A program made the translations under genes and the position numbers. From Hemiscyllium ocellatum (Eukaryota), in contig NC_083432.1 in NCBI RefSeq assembly GCF_020745735.1, positions 32,016,533 through 32,080,532 of the forward strand: a stretch of DNA of 64,000 bases, read 5' to 3'. Of the stretch, positions 50,585 through 63,872 are shown piece by piece. The notes under the pieces are model-generated. The model did no database searches, was not told the DNA's origin, and saw nothing but the letters and a program-made list of their open reading frames with translations. How positions within the stretch are numbered: position 1 is the stretch's first letter; every line of letters starts with the position of its first letter.

Positions 50585-51115
50585 AATTGTATATTAGAGA
50601 CCCTTCGGTCCATGCCGACCAGATATCCTAAATCTGGCCTCATCCCATTTGCCAGCATTTGACCCAGATCTAGAGAGATATGCCCATCCAGTTGCCTTTT
50701 AAGTGTTGTAATTTCACCAGCCTCCACCACTTCCTTTGGCAGCTCATTCCATACACGTACCACTCTCTGTGTGAAAAAGTTGCTCCTTAGGTCACTTTTA
50801 AATCTTTTCCCTCTAGTTTTGGACTCCCCTACCCTCCAAAAAAAAACCTTGGCTACATACCTTATCCTTGCCCCTCGAGATTTTATAAACCTTTATAGGG
50901 TCACCCCTCAGCCTCCGGCACTAAAGGGAAATCAGCCTCAGCCTTTTCAGCCTCTCCCTAGAGCTTAAACGCTCCAGCCCTGACAACATCCTTGGAAATC
51001 TTTTCTGCACCTTTTTAAGTTGAACAACATCCTTCCTACAGCAGGGACAGCAGAATTGATTGAGTACTGCAAAAGTGACCTAACTAATTTCCTGTATAGC
51101 TGTAACATAACATTC
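50585..51115 (-). mobile_element. CR1-type LINE 3' fragment
   Basis: ORF 50575-50763 VRVWNELPKEVVEAG. Confidence 0.8.
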
Positions 51116-51124
51116 CCAAATGGT

Positions 51125-51229
51125 AATGTCAAGATCTCCCAGAGGCAGGATTTTTAATTTCAGTTTTTCAGGAGCAGTTGCGGGGGTCTTGAAGCTGGAT
51201 TTGGAAGCTGCAGTATATCTCTTCCTGCT

Positions 51230-51279
<50 letters not shown>

Positions 51280-51658
51280 CAAGAGCCCTGTCTTGATGTT
51301 TTTTCCTCCTGGACTGGGGAATTGCCGACAAGACTATCTAGTTTACTGAATTTGCCTTTGCCAAGGGTGTGTTTATGGGATGTTACTACATTGAAACAGT
51401 TAATTAGTAATAGTTAATATGCCTACATTTTAACATCATTTTGACAGTTTAGTCAATTCTTTTCTTTTTAATCTTAATCTTGTCTATATTTTAACTGTAG
51501 TATAAAAATAAATGATGTTTTGCTTAACAATGAGTAGTTTGACCAATCGAATTGCAACTGGAACACAACATCTTACATTTAACATTAAATTAAGAAAAAG
51601 TTAGGGTCCAGACTATCTTCTGAATATATCTGGAGGGTATTTGGTCTGGTCCATAGCA
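51125..51658 (+). mobile_element. LTR-like fragment containing (CT)n
   Basis: Ends tttggtctggtccatagCA. An inverted related end (TGttatagaccaggccag) starts at 54351. Confidence 0.5.
51234..51277. repeat. (CT)n microsatellite
   Basis: Direct reading. Confidence 0.9.
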
Positions 51659-54600
51659 GTAGGATCAAGACAACTGAAGTCTCTACCTCTAAAACATGGG
51701 ATACGGATGTACAGAAGATCAAGCTCCAAGAACAACAGACCTGGAGATTAAGGGTGGAGGTGGCTGCAGTGATAGAAATATTCAGGATCATTAAGGGATT
51801 TGTAAACCAGAATAAATAATTTGAAATCAGTGTGTCACAGAACAGAAGCACACGTCTAGGATGCAGGTGGCAAGGGCTTGTGTAGGACTGGCAGTGAAAG
51901 TACTGAAGGCCTTGAGATAAAGATTTGTATAACAGTTCATAGTGATGGATGGTGTCTGTGAATGGATGAACAAAATAACCAAGGAGGAACCAAATGGCAT
52001 TTGGACTTCAGGACAGCTGGCCCATCCTCCTGAAGGCTTGCATCTATTTAATATCTTATCTTCTTTCTGAAGTAGTAAATTTTGTTTGTGATTGTGGCAA
52101 GTGAGATAGTTCAAAGACATTTCTTCCAATTTTTTCCACAATAGGCCACACTATGAAATTTTTGTCCAACACTCTAGTATATCCAGGAGACCTTAGAATA
52201 TCCACTGAAGATTGTTAAATCTGTAGGGTTCTAGTTTGCACGCAGTAATTTGCTGATTTTAGGTGGTTCGAATCAGCCCCAGATCCCTGGTTCTAGACAC
52301 TGGACGTATTTAGAGAATGTGAAATGAAGACAGCAGTAACCAAGTGTTTCGGGGCGGAAGAATCTCTGCATTTATTTGCAATGCAAAAAGTAAGTATAAC
52401 ACAAGAAATAAAGGCGAATGTAATAAACAATGAAATTAACACAATTATACAGAGATCAGTAATACTATTACATATACTATTTACTAGATAAAACACTATT
52501 AGAAATTAAAACAAGGGTTTTAATCACAGAAACTTTAATCAGGCTTCCTACCTTTGGGGTCCCATGCACTGTCACCATCCCCCTTCCACTCCCTGCTGGC
52601 TAGATTGGAGACTTTGAGTTCTTGGGTGTTTAAGCTCACCATGGAGGAAAACGCGGCATGGAAGTATTGCTGGCTGTTCCTGCTTGCCGTACCCAGGACC
52701 TGGATGAGGACTTCGGGCTGAAAGGCCTTCAGTCAGAGTTGAGTCGACTGATGCGATGGGATGGGTAGTGGATCTGTCGAGTAAGTTCTTGGTTTTCCTT
52801 ATTTTCTGCTGGTTTTGCAGGCCCAATGTTTACCTCAGGATGTGTCTGATGCTTATGGTGTCGTTTGGGTAAGTGGTTTTCGGAGTTTGTTGTTTCTTAG
52901 ATGTGCTGGTCGTGATCTTTTGCCGTGGGTTCCCCTGGTTCACAATAGGCCTGTGTCAATCTCCCAGATCTCCCTTCTGGAGGTAGCTCTGGGAAATAGC
53001 CATTGGTGTCAGCTGTTGGAATTCTTCTCCTGGCGATAGTTCTTTGGAACACTCCTCCAGAAAAAGCTCTTGGGATCTCTCCTGGGGATTGCCCTCGGGA
53101 TAGCTGCATGGGATCTCTCCTAGAGGTAGCTCTGGGGATTGCTGCCTCAGGTAAGACCGGGCCTTGCAATTACACTGATTGTAGGCCTCTGACCTTTGCG
53201 CCAAATCTATTCTTGTCATTGTGTTACTGGTGTTCTTTTTGAAATCAATTGGTTTCCTGATCATAAAGCATGTGTACAAAAGGATTTTTATTGAAGATGT
53301 ACGTTTGGTATCTCTGTAGGCCCCAAACCTGTTGTGTCAGTCATTCACTGTCACCATCTGTTTTCGATGAGACCTTAAAGGAGATTTTGTCCTTAACAAA
53401 AAGGGATGTAATCAGGCTGCTCAAGTCTAAGCTGCTGATAAAGCTGCCTTTCCAAATGAAATTCTGCTCACTATTTACAACTGTAAGCTTAACCTGAGGC
53501 TGTACATAAAATCTCTCCAGAGTTTGCTGTCATCTCTTGCATTAGTACTGCAGTACTATTTACCCAGCTGAGTATTAACCCTGTACTCTAAATGGCCTGC
53601 TCGCAGACAGAGTGATGCTTTCAGTCCTAATGTCAGTAAAGGATCTCAATGTCCAAGTAGCAATCATATAGAATGAAGAATGTTATGTTACACCTCCTTT
53701 ACAGTCAATTGTTTAAATATTGCCTGTCTTGACAGATTGTGAAGGAAGATAGTTATATGCCATTATATAAACTAGAGACCACGCTTTATTTTCTGAAGAA
53801 AGTTATTGTGAACAAAACGTCCACAAATTGAGCATTTTCCTGACATAACACTGGTTGGATGATTACCATAGCAAATCTACCCCACTGTCCTGTATATTTT
53901 CTCAATTTTAAGTTAACACTGCCAATAAAGGCCTTCTCTAGGCTGAGGAAACTCTCTCTTTTCAAATGATCAATGTACTGAAGCAGCATGAGAATAAACA
54001 ATTTAACCATGTATTATTTGCAGCTAAAATACATATCTTCAAGCCATTTAAAAACCAAAATGAACAAAAAACCTAATCGAAAGAGATTGTGCCAAATCCC
54101 TATCCTATATGTCTATCTCTTTAACAATGGGGTGTCATGGGTTTTGGGGGTTTTCAACAAAGATGATCAAAATTGTGAAGGCTTTCAAGATTTTGATGGA
54201 ATAAATAAGAAGGCGTTCTTTCCAATGTCAGTCAAAACTGGAGCACAAAGATTTGGGAAAAGAGCCAGAAGTGAGATAGAAGGTAAAAGCAGGGACAGGA
54301 GGAGGTCATTCAGCTCATCGAGACTGCTTCACACCCAACATGGTTATAGCTGTTATAGACCAGGCCAGAACACCCAGATAGCCTAGACCTTAAGTTATAT
54401 ATTGTTTAAAATATAAGTGTAAGGCTCCTGTGTTCCAGATATAATCCAATTAGTCCACCACTAAGCTTTAACCAAAATACACTTTATTCCTGCAACACTG
54501 TTAAAACAGAGCAAAAAGGAGAATCAGCATAACTGTACTCTATTTAAATACTGAACAAGGTTGTGTATTTTTAACCGCTAATCAACAACTGTTCGAATCC

Positions 54601-54676
54601 AGGCGGCATCCCATAAACACATCCTTGGCAACGGCAGTTCCGCTGCTATGCCTGAAAATAATCTGGTAACCCTTTG

Positions 54677-54890
54677 GGTAATGATTGTAACAAGGTCAGC
54701 CAGGTGGATCCCATAGAATTGTACCTGGTCCAATCAGGGAGTCCTGGCTGACAGATAAAAACAGGAGTGTCAGACATCCTGTTCATGCTGACAGCTGGCT
54801 CTCAGGGAGCTGGATCAGTGTCAAGGACTCTGCACATGTAAGTAAAGGGTGACTTGGTGATAGGATACCAGTCTCTGTGGAGTTATTTCA
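54677..54890 (+). mobile_element. Short solo LTR
   Basis: About 214 bp ending ttatttCA. 5-bp TSD ctttg (54672-54676 / 54891-54895). Same family as 59104-59334. Confidence 0.75.
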
Positions 54891-54899
54891 CTTTGCTTC

Positions 54900-55960
54900 A
54901 ATCCTTCTAGGCTAGTACATCTTTTCTTAGTTAAGGAGGCAAAAGTTATACCTGTAATCTAGGTATGGTCTCACCAAGCCATGTTCAGCTGCAGGAGGGT
55001 ATCCTTGTTCCTGTACTCCAACTCTCCTTCATTGAAGGCCAACATACTATTTGCCTTCCTGTTTGCTACTCATGTATGTTTGCTTTCAATGATTGGGACA
55101 CCCAGATGCCTTTCTTCCTCAACATTTCCCAATCTATCACCATTTAAATAATACTCTGCCATTCTGTTTTTCCTACCAACATTGATAACTTCATGCTTTT
55201 CCACGTTACACTGCCCCTGTAATGCATTTGTCTACTCATTCAACTTGCCTAAATCACCTTGAAATCTCTTCACTTCCTCCTCACCACTCTCAATCTGATC
55301 TAGGTTTGTGCCATCAGCAAAGTTGGAAATATTATATTGGATTCCCTCATCCAAGTTGTTGATTTACATTGTGATTAGCTGACGCCACTGTGCTATCTCA
55401 TTATTTTTTCTTCTAAGTGGGCCATGACATGTGCATAGCAGGGAATTCTAGACCTACATGTGATCCATGTCAACACAGCAATCATCATGTGTGGATTAAT
55501 CTACCACAGTATTATTGCACTGTGGTTTTCCCAGTCTAAATGTAGATTAACATCATCCCTAAGTAATGGATCATCCCTATGGCCTGCATCTATAATTTCC
55601 TGTTTAATGCCATCTACTAATCATCAGCGGCAGTATAGACAACTCGCACAAATGCTTTCCGCCCTTGTTCATTCTTAATTCCATACAAGCTGAATTTTCA
55701 TCTAGATCTTCTGAGCCAATGTCTTTCCTCATGGCTTCACTCATTTCCCACTTTACAATTAATACCATCCCACCTCCTTTTCATTTATGTCAATCCTTCC
55801 TTTGTATTGAATAACCTTGTAATTTTACTTTCCAAACTTGGTCACCTTGTAGCCATGTTTCCATAACCATAATGATATTGTACCCATTCATAACTATTTG
55901 CAGTGACATTTCCTCAATCTATTGCAAATGTTCCAAACATTCAGATATATTAGCTTAATA
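54900..55960 (-). mobile_element. Degenerate CR1-type LINE remnant
   Basis: Diverged antisense RT/EN-like sequence (e.g. tgtgccatcagcaaagttgg). Confidence 0.55.
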
Positions 55961-56164
55961 TTTATCTTAAGATTTGTTGTCTGTCATCAGCTCACCCATG
56001 TTTCACCTGCCTTCTAAATTTACTTTCTACTTTTCATATTCGTTTGACTCTTATTTCTCCACTCAGGTTCCCACCCCTTGCTTTTCTTGCTTCAAGCCTC
56101 CAGCATTCTCAAATCGCCCTGTGAGAATATTTATTCTGGAAGATGAAGCCTTTTTTTTAATGTA

Positions 56165-56500
56165 GAAAAGCACATAGAATACAAGACAAGGAGGTGATGT
56201 TAAACTTGTATCAGACTCTCATTAGAACTCAGCTGGAATATTGTGCACAGTTGTGGGTGGCACCTTATGGGGTGGATGTGAACGCACTGGACAGAATACA
56301 AAAGCAATTTACAGTAATAATTCTAAGAACAATAAAGTTCTGTTTTGAGAATAGATTGAGAAAGTTGAGACAGTTCTCCTTGGACAGAAGGACGTTAACA
56401 AAATATTTGATGGAGTAAGTCATGAGTGGGTTGGATGGAGTATATCGGGAGAAAGTGTTTCCATTGGTAAAAGGGACAAAAACAAGATGGCTGGACGAGC
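56165..56500 (+). mobile_element. CR1-type LINE fragment
   Basis: ORF 56194-56418 LYQTLIRTQLEYCAQLW. Confidence 0.75.
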
Positions 56501-56626
56501 ATTGTAATTTTCAAATTCTGTCGATGGCTGTTCCAATCCTTGGTGCGTCCAAAGATTCAAACTCTCTGACCTTTATGGTAAATATCAGATATCATTTCTA
56601 TTGATGCAAATCTCTTGTGTTTTCAG

Positions 56627-56868
56627 GTATTCATTATGTAGGGCAAATGCATGAATGTGGACTCCTGAGAGTAATTATGGACCAAATCACTGAAGGACAA
56701 CTGGAATGGATTCAAATGGACAATCAATATGATACTATCATCCTGGGTAAAAATGAGAACTTTCGTAAGTACGAGCTCCACAGAGGGAAACAAGAGTTTA
56801 TTGATGCATTAAAGAGGCAGTTTCCTCAGGAGGAACAAGCGATAGACCAATTTATGAAACTTGTGAAG
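56627..56868 (+). CDS. RETSAT: RETSAT-like coding exon 3
   Basis: ttttcag|GT ATT CAT...GTG AAG|gtaatg. Encodes GIHYVGQMHECGLLRVIMDQITEGQLEW...FIDALKRQFPQEEQAIDQFMKLVK. Phase 1-0. Confidence 0.93.
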
Positions 56869-57029
56869 GTAATGTTGTGACATATTCATTAATTTTGTAT
56901 CACTAAAACATTGATGATAAAACCATAGGAAATAGGTACAGGAGTGGGCTATTGAGCCCCTGAAGTCTGCTCCACCATTCAACAGGATCATGGCTGATCT
57001 GACATTCCTTGCATCCACATTCCTATATT

Positions 57030-57286
57030 AGCAATTTGTGAGAAGTTTTGTAGCTCAGGTTGGTGATAAATATGTAATTTAGCTCACTGAGCTGGAAGGT
57101 TTGTTTTCAGAAGTTTCATCACTATACTAGGTAACATCATTAATGAGAGTCTGGTGGTTCAAATAGAGAGGCGGAACCTACCACCAGCCCTTCACTGGAG
57201 ACTCTCACTGATGATGTCAGCTTGTATGGTGACAAAACGTCTGGAAACAAATCTTTCAGCTCAGCGAGCTAACTTAAGTATTTACT
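57030..57286. mobile_element. Fold-back Penelope-derived element (second family)
   Basis: Inverted arms 57079-57152 / 57199-57272. 10-bp TSD ttcctatatt (57020-57029 / 57287-57296). Sits inside a CR1 3' tail. Confidence 0.82.
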
Positions 57287-58939
57287 TTCCTATATTTTCC
57301 TCATCACCCTTGACCAACCGATGAACAATCTCTCTACCTGATCCTTAAATATACAGACATTGTCCTTAAGAACACTGAGATTTAATTAGTATGAAAATAT
57401 ACAGCCTCGTCAGAGTTTTTATTTACACATTTCTGGACTGTTTCTCTCACACAAAGTTTATTTAATCATGTCAACATCATTGATTTTTTGGTGATAACAC
57501 ATATCGTATGTATAATTCATTTAAGTTTAAGTTGTTGGAGTCTGGGAAAGTTCAGTTGAAAAAATGCTAGAACTTAATTCTTTAAATAACTTTAAAAATA
57601 AATTATCTGAAGATAAGAAACTTAAATGGTAATGGACAAAAATGTAGGAAAATTGGTCTAAGCATGATTAGTCTTTCAAAAGGCCAGCACAGGTACATTT
57701 GGCTAAGTGGCCTCCTCTGCACTGGAGGATACTGTGATTCTGAGTGGATTTAATTTACAGCACATCCTGAAGTAATCTTATTTCCTGAGGGATTGAATAT
57801 TAGCATAATATTGACCTTAGAATTAGCATAATATCTATTTCTCATTAATGTAATCTAAACAAAAGCACAAAATCTAAATAATGTGAATATTTACTGCCTG
57901 TTTTGTTACTTGTATTCTATTCTAAGATTATTTTGTCTCAAAAACAGTTAGCAAAAAAGCAAAATATTCTGAGCCTGACCTAGTAGTCTTCCCTCCGGTA
58001 GCCCATCAATGCCATCTGGTGGCCACTTACTGTGCTTCAGAGTTTTCTGAACTGAAAAATTGGAGCATTTTTTTGAATAGTTCAGAATATGATATTAAAT
58101 TTAAAATGCAGATGAAATGAAATGACTAAGTGCATAAGTATTAACATACCAAAATAGTTTGGCAGAATATTACTATTTAAGCTATTTCAAAATATTTGTA
58201 CTGTTTGTAGCATACAGAGTTTTATACATCAATAAACTCCTTAAACATCATGATGCAGGTGAGAGAATAAAATTGAGTGTTCCTTGAAATTAAAATGAAG
58301 GGAAACCTGCTATCTGAATTCGTGTTGCTGTAATTCACAATTTGGTGCCCAACACTGATTTTTGATGAATGTCAGCAAAGGCTATTTGGGAGTATGCAAA
58401 ACTGAAATTTATCTCTTTGCATTTTAGTATGGTTTACTGCAAGCTTAGGCTCTTTGCATTCTGAGTGAAATACATGGGCTCGCCTGTGTGTTTTGAGTTA
58501 ACCATTACCTTTTAAAACTGCAATACATAGGTGAAAGGAAGTTACCCAGAGTTCCCAGGAAACTAGGCAGAATGCTTGGGGGAGAACCTTCCAGAGTCTG
58601 ATGTTAATTTTTGAGTCTGTGATGAGAAGTTGTTTGGGAGAGAAACATGTATCAAACAACGAGAAAACTTGTGCTAAGCAGCATTCCTAAGAAAATAAGT
58701 TTAAAGTAGTGAAATTATTTTAGAATAAGAAGTTATTATTTTTCCCAGACTGGAGTGTTGGGATGCTGGAGTGATGGAAAAGAAGTGAAGTGCTTGATTT
58801 CTTAAAACAAAATACAGGTTTTGATGCTCCATCAAGAGTAATATGGCAATGGATGGAAGAAAGCGAAGTCTGGAGATAATAATAATAACTAAAAAAAGGA
58901 GTTGCCTACAGTTCCTGCAGATGAGATGTAATTTTAATT

Positions 58940-60015
58940 TCTTCAAGTATTAAAATTTGGGAATGAGCTGAACTGGACCTTCCTAGAGATACCAAATGCT
59001 CTCAGAATTTTGGTTTGCAGGAACAAGGGGGCCTGGATGGGTATGTGCACTGATCATTGAAAATGTTAGGACAATTAGAGAGCAGTAAATGAAGCATCCA
59101 CAGTGAAATAATTCCAAAGGCCAGTATCTGGCACCAAGTCACCCTTGATTTACACGTGGAGAGTTCTGGGCACTGAACCATATCCCTCAGAGGCAGCTTG
59201 CAGAGTGAACAGAACCTCTGACATGCTATTTATATCTGTCAGCCAGGGCTCCCTGATTCAACCAGATTAACAGCCCAATCTGGGAACTCATATTCTATGA
59301 GGCCCACCTGGCAGACCTCATTACAATTACCGCACACGGTTTTATGAATAGGGACATGGAGTATAAGAGTAAAGAGATGGTACAAAACTTGAGTAAGTCA
59401 CTTGTTGAAACCTCAGCTAGGCAATTCTATACAGTTTTGAGCATTTCATTCTAGGAAGAATGCAATAGAGAGAGTGCAGAAACAGTTTGCAAGAATGGTT
59501 CCAGGGATGAGGAACTTCCTTTATAAAGATAGATTGAAGAAGTTGGGACTGTTGTCCTTGGAGGGAAGATGACAAAGACAGAGTTCTGATTGAGGTTTAC
59601 AAAATCATGATCATGTTGGACAAATTAGATGGGAAGAAACCATGTCCACTCATAAAAAGGACAAAAACAAAAGAACACAGGTTTAGAGTGATGTGCTAAA
59701 GGAGCAAGAATGAAGAGAGGAAAAGCTTTTTCAGTTAACAATTAGTTAGGGCGTGGAATGCATTGTCTGAAAGTATGGTGGAGTAGACAAGCAGGAGGCT
59801 GGAAGCCAGGTAGCATCGGGAGGTGGAGAAGTCAAAGGTTCGGGTATAACCCTTCTTCAGGACTCAGGTTTAGTTGAAGCATTCAAGCAGCCATTGAATT
59901 ATTATTCTGGTAGAAATAATATGCAAGGGTGTGGGCAAGAAACAAGACATTGGCCCTCGGTAATCATACTCATTTAACAGCCAATACAGGCACAATGGGC
60001 CAAATGGCCTCCACT
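58940..60015 (+). mobile_element. Degenerate CR1-type LINE 3' portion with a nested solo LTR and Penelope terminal fragment
   Basis: gagagtgcagaaacagtttgcaagaatggttccagggatgag, gtggaatgcattg, and tail caggcacaatgggccaaatggcctcc. Confidence 0.7.
59104..59334 (-). mobile_element. Short solo LTR (inverted relative to 54677-54890)
   Basis: TG...CA ends; TSD cacag/cacgg (one mismatch). Confidence 0.75.
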
Positions 60016-60744
60016 GCCTCATAATTCAACTGCACTTCTGCAGCACTGTTTGTGACTTGTACCATTCTCCCTCCACTCTGTCTGTTGGTCCCTGTTAGGA
60101 CATTATACATTTTGATCAGATCTCCTCTCAACCTTCTAAACGCTAATGAATACAGGGCCACACACTTCCCATTTCATCCCATTCTCAGGATGGCAATGCA
60201 TTGGTTCTTGCACCATCTTCTCAACTAGGACCAGCTAGTGGCACTGCCATAGGCACTGTCACATCCTGAAGGACTGGAGCTTCTGCAGTCAAATAAAAAT
60301 CATTGATTGCTTGATTTATCTGAGGTTCATCTAAGTAGCCTTCCACCTCCCTCTCCATTACCACTGAGAAATATCCTCCTGACAGGACCATAGTAGACAA
60401 TCAGATACCTACAGTTAAAAACTGGGTTTGCAAAGGGTGATTGTTAGTTCCCAACACCAATGAAAATGCATTTCCATTGGAGTGTAATCAACCAGCTTGT
60501 TACGTCGTTTTATTTACTTCGTATTAAGTTCAAGACTAAAACATGACTCAGCTCAGTGGTTGTGAAGGTTGTAGGGCCTGTTATTGGCATTGGAGGGTGA
60601 GATGAGACGAGTCATTTCATTCATTAGTTTCTTTCACAGGATTGTGAAGTCTGGCATCATTGCTCGGCTTGTTCTCTCTCCTGATCCTCAGCTGCCTAGT
60701 AGCCCATTTTAACCTACTCCTCCACATCTTCTCAGCAAGATGGG

Positions 60745-61072
60745 GAGGTGACAGCCTAGTGGTATTATTGCTGGACTATTAATCTAAAGACTGAGATAAT
60801 GTTCTGGAGACCTGGGTCCAAATCCTGATGTGGCAGGTGGGAGAATTTGAATCCACTAAAAACCAGAATTTTTAAACAAGTTCTAGTGTGAAAACTGTCA
60901 GGAAAACCACCAACTGGTCCCTGATATCCTATACGGAGGGAATCTATCATTTTTACATGGACTGGCCTACATATGACTCCAGACCAAGTCAATGTGGTTG
61001 ACTCTCAACTGCCCGCTGAGTAATGAATACTGGCCTAGCCAACAATGCCCTCATCTTGTGAATGAATAAAAT
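60745..61072 (+). mobile_element. Older tRNA-head SINE (DeuSINE/SacSINE1-like)
   Basis: tRNA-like head, then tggcctacatatgactccagacc..aatgtggttgactctcaactgccc and tail gtgaatgaataaaa. Related copies at 105-220, 15965-16117, 42085-42380 and 46270-46530. Family name recalled from memory. Confidence 0.6.
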
Positions 61073-61629
61073 AGTGTCTCCAAGTTCAAGTTGTTGAGGA
61101 TGTATCACACTAAGTTGAGTTTAGAGGTCCTTTGGGGGTTACTTAAGGCATCTGACCTCCAGACATTGGAACCTTTACTTTGGAATGATAATGGCTTGCT
61201 CTCGCAGAGCTCTGGTTTCTAGTAAGTTTGACGTGATTAGTTTTCTGACACAATCCACAAGCCAGGAGTCAGGGGAGAGTTCTTGCCCCCACATGGCCAA
61301 CCTTTCTTCTGACGAGGTATGCAGTTGATTCTCAACTACCCTCTTGTTTCATAGAACAACAAGGAAGTTCTCCATTGTATCCTCACCAATATTTATCTCT
61401 CAACTAACATCACTGAAAAGCAAATAATCTGGTTATGGCCACATTGCTGATTTGTGAGCATTTCTGAAGCTTGGAGCCAAGAATTATTAAGTGAAGTAAG
61501 GAAAAGATGAAATGTTGTTTCCACATTTCGAACTGAATCATTGAAGGACCTTTATTTGTGTTTTTAATTTAACACTCCTTTCAGCTAATCACCTGGGACA
61601 ATCAAGGATGATCCAAGCCAATACAGTGA

Positions 61630-62740
61630 GATTCTGGGGGAAGATGCTATGTCCTTTATTTGAAATATTTATTGTCCACCTCCAATTATCCTTCAGAAGG
61701 TGGTGGTGAGCTGTCTTCCTGAACCACTGCAGTCCATTTAGTGTAGATAGACCCACAAAGCTGTGAGGAAAAGAACTCCAGCATTTTAACACAGTGACAT
61801 TGAAGGAACAGTGCTATACTGCAGCTGGTGGTGTTCTGATACACCTGCTGCCCTTGTCTTTCTAGATGTTAGGGGTCATGGGTTTGGAAAGTCTGTCTCA
61901 GGAACCAAGGTGAATTTCTACATACATCTTGTAGATGGCACACACTGCTGCTACTGTGCATTGGAGGTGGAGGGTGTGAATGTTTGGAATGTAGTGCTAA
62001 TCAAGTGGGTACTTTGTCTTGGATGATGTCAAGCTTTATGCCACTTGTCTGGATATTGACGAGGCCTTTCTGCATTTGGACATGGTCTGTTCAGTATCTG
62101 AGGAGTCACAAATCATGCTGAACATTGTGCAATTATCAGCGAACGTCTCTATTTCTGAACTTATGATGGAGGGAAGGTCATTGATAAAGTAGTTGAAGAT
62201 GGCTGGGCCTTGGACACTACACTGAGGAACTTTTGCAGAGATTTTTTGTAGTTGGGAGGTCTAACCCTGCTCATTACAACAACCATTATCCTTTGTATAA
62301 GTGGGGAGTTTTCCCCATGATCCCCATTGAGTCTAGTTTTGCTAGGGGCCTTCACTGCAGCATTGGGTCAAGTGTGGCTTTGACGTCAAGGATAGTCACT
62401 CTCACCTCACCTCTGGAACCAAAGCTGGGAAGACATCAAAAGCTGTGTGGAACTGGCAGAATCCAAACTGAGCATCAGTGAAAAGGTTATTCCTTTGCAC
62501 CGTTGGTGTCCCCTTTACTGATGAGCAAGAGTAGACTGATGGCCAGGTAAGAGTTTTCCTACTTCTTGCATACAGGACATACCTGGGAAAATGTTCACAT
62601 TATCAGATAGATGCCAGTATTGCTGTTGTCCTGAATCAGCTTGTCGATGGTGTGACAAGTTCTGGAGCACAAGTCTTCAGTATAATTCTGGAATGTTGTC
62701 AGGCCCATACACTTTGTAGAATCCGATGCCTCCAACAAAT
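61630..62740 (-). mobile_element. Degenerate LINE (CR1/L2 clade) RT-3' fragment
   Basis: The antisense strand gives a frameshifted GVPQGSVLGP..F...NDLPSII-like region at about 62160-62235. Confidence 0.6.
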
Positions 62741-63269
62741 GTTTCATGGTCGGTGTTAAACTTTTACTTCCAGGTTCTTGCCCTTTTGAATTCAGATTCC
62801 ATATATGGACTTTAACCCAGAATATTAGCTGGGTCTCTGGATTATTAGACTTCTGATAACACCCCTACACCATCACACTCTGAGATTGGACATGATACAG
62901 ACCAATTTATCTGCCCACATTTGGTGTGACAAACTGAGAAAAGGCCAAAATCATTACTGTCTCACTTTGTTTTCATTTTGCACATGTTAAAGTAATTACT
63001 GCACATCGTCCTATCTGATTGTCAATAAGAGATTTGTTCTTGCGTAATCATTTTTAAATCAGCACAGTCAGTTGAAAGTATGCTTTGACCTTGTTTGAAT
63101 GTTTTGGGGTACTGGCTGATAACTTTTTTTTAAAATTGGAAGTCTGTGTTAACTGCCGATATTAAAAACAAAATTGACGATGCAAATTCTGATAAAGTTA
63201 AAAATCAAAAAACTCAATGCCTTCAGATGATGAACAATGGGAAAAGACAAACAACAGCATTACTATCAA

Positions 63270-63435
63270 CAGCAGAGATTGATAGATTCTTGTTGTCTCA
63301 AGGAATTAAGGACTACGGGGAGAACGCTGGTAAGTGGAGTTGAAATGCCCATCAGCCATGATTGAATGGCGGAGTGGACTCGATGGGCCGAATGGCCTTA
63401 TTTCCACTCCTATGTCTTATGTTCTTATGGTCTAT
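63270..63435 (+). mobile_element. CR1 LINE 3' tail
   Basis: gcagagattgatagattcttg...gatgggccgaatggcctta...cctatgtcttatgttcttatgg. Confidence 0.75.
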
Positions 63436-63872
63436 TTCCCTTTTAATGACTTTTTCTCAGTTGCTGTTTCTTCAATTGCCTGAACATAGCTGGAACAAGG
63501 AATCTGGCAAACCTAGCTCTCCTTCAATCTTATATTGAAGCACAGTGAATGCATTCAAATCAAGTAATGTTAGATTTCACGTTTAAAAGTAGGTTGACCT
63601 CTTGACTGCTCTCTTGAGACCTGAGACAACTCCGCACAGACCTGAAATATAACAGTGATACATGATGAAGAAACATGTTTGTTTCCTGTTTTGTTGACAT
63701 TCGTAGTGAAAGGTAACCTAACTTAAGAACGCTGTGGGTATTGCAGTTGTAAATTCCTTTGGTAAATATTCTTCATGGGGAGTTTTTTTCTAAATAATTG
63801 AAATATACTTTAGAAGTCACCTTACAGAATGCTAAATGGGAAGAATTTTGTTATCTCTGTTCCATTTTACAG

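Noticed and set aside
50110-50631. 173-aa ORF
   Set aside because: Read-through of an antisense HE1 SINE. The same pseudo-peptides recur at every SINE copy.
52897-53279. Repetitive ORFs or a CRISPR-like array
   Set aside because: The repeats are few, irregular and degenerate, without constant-length spacers, and the context is eukaryotic.
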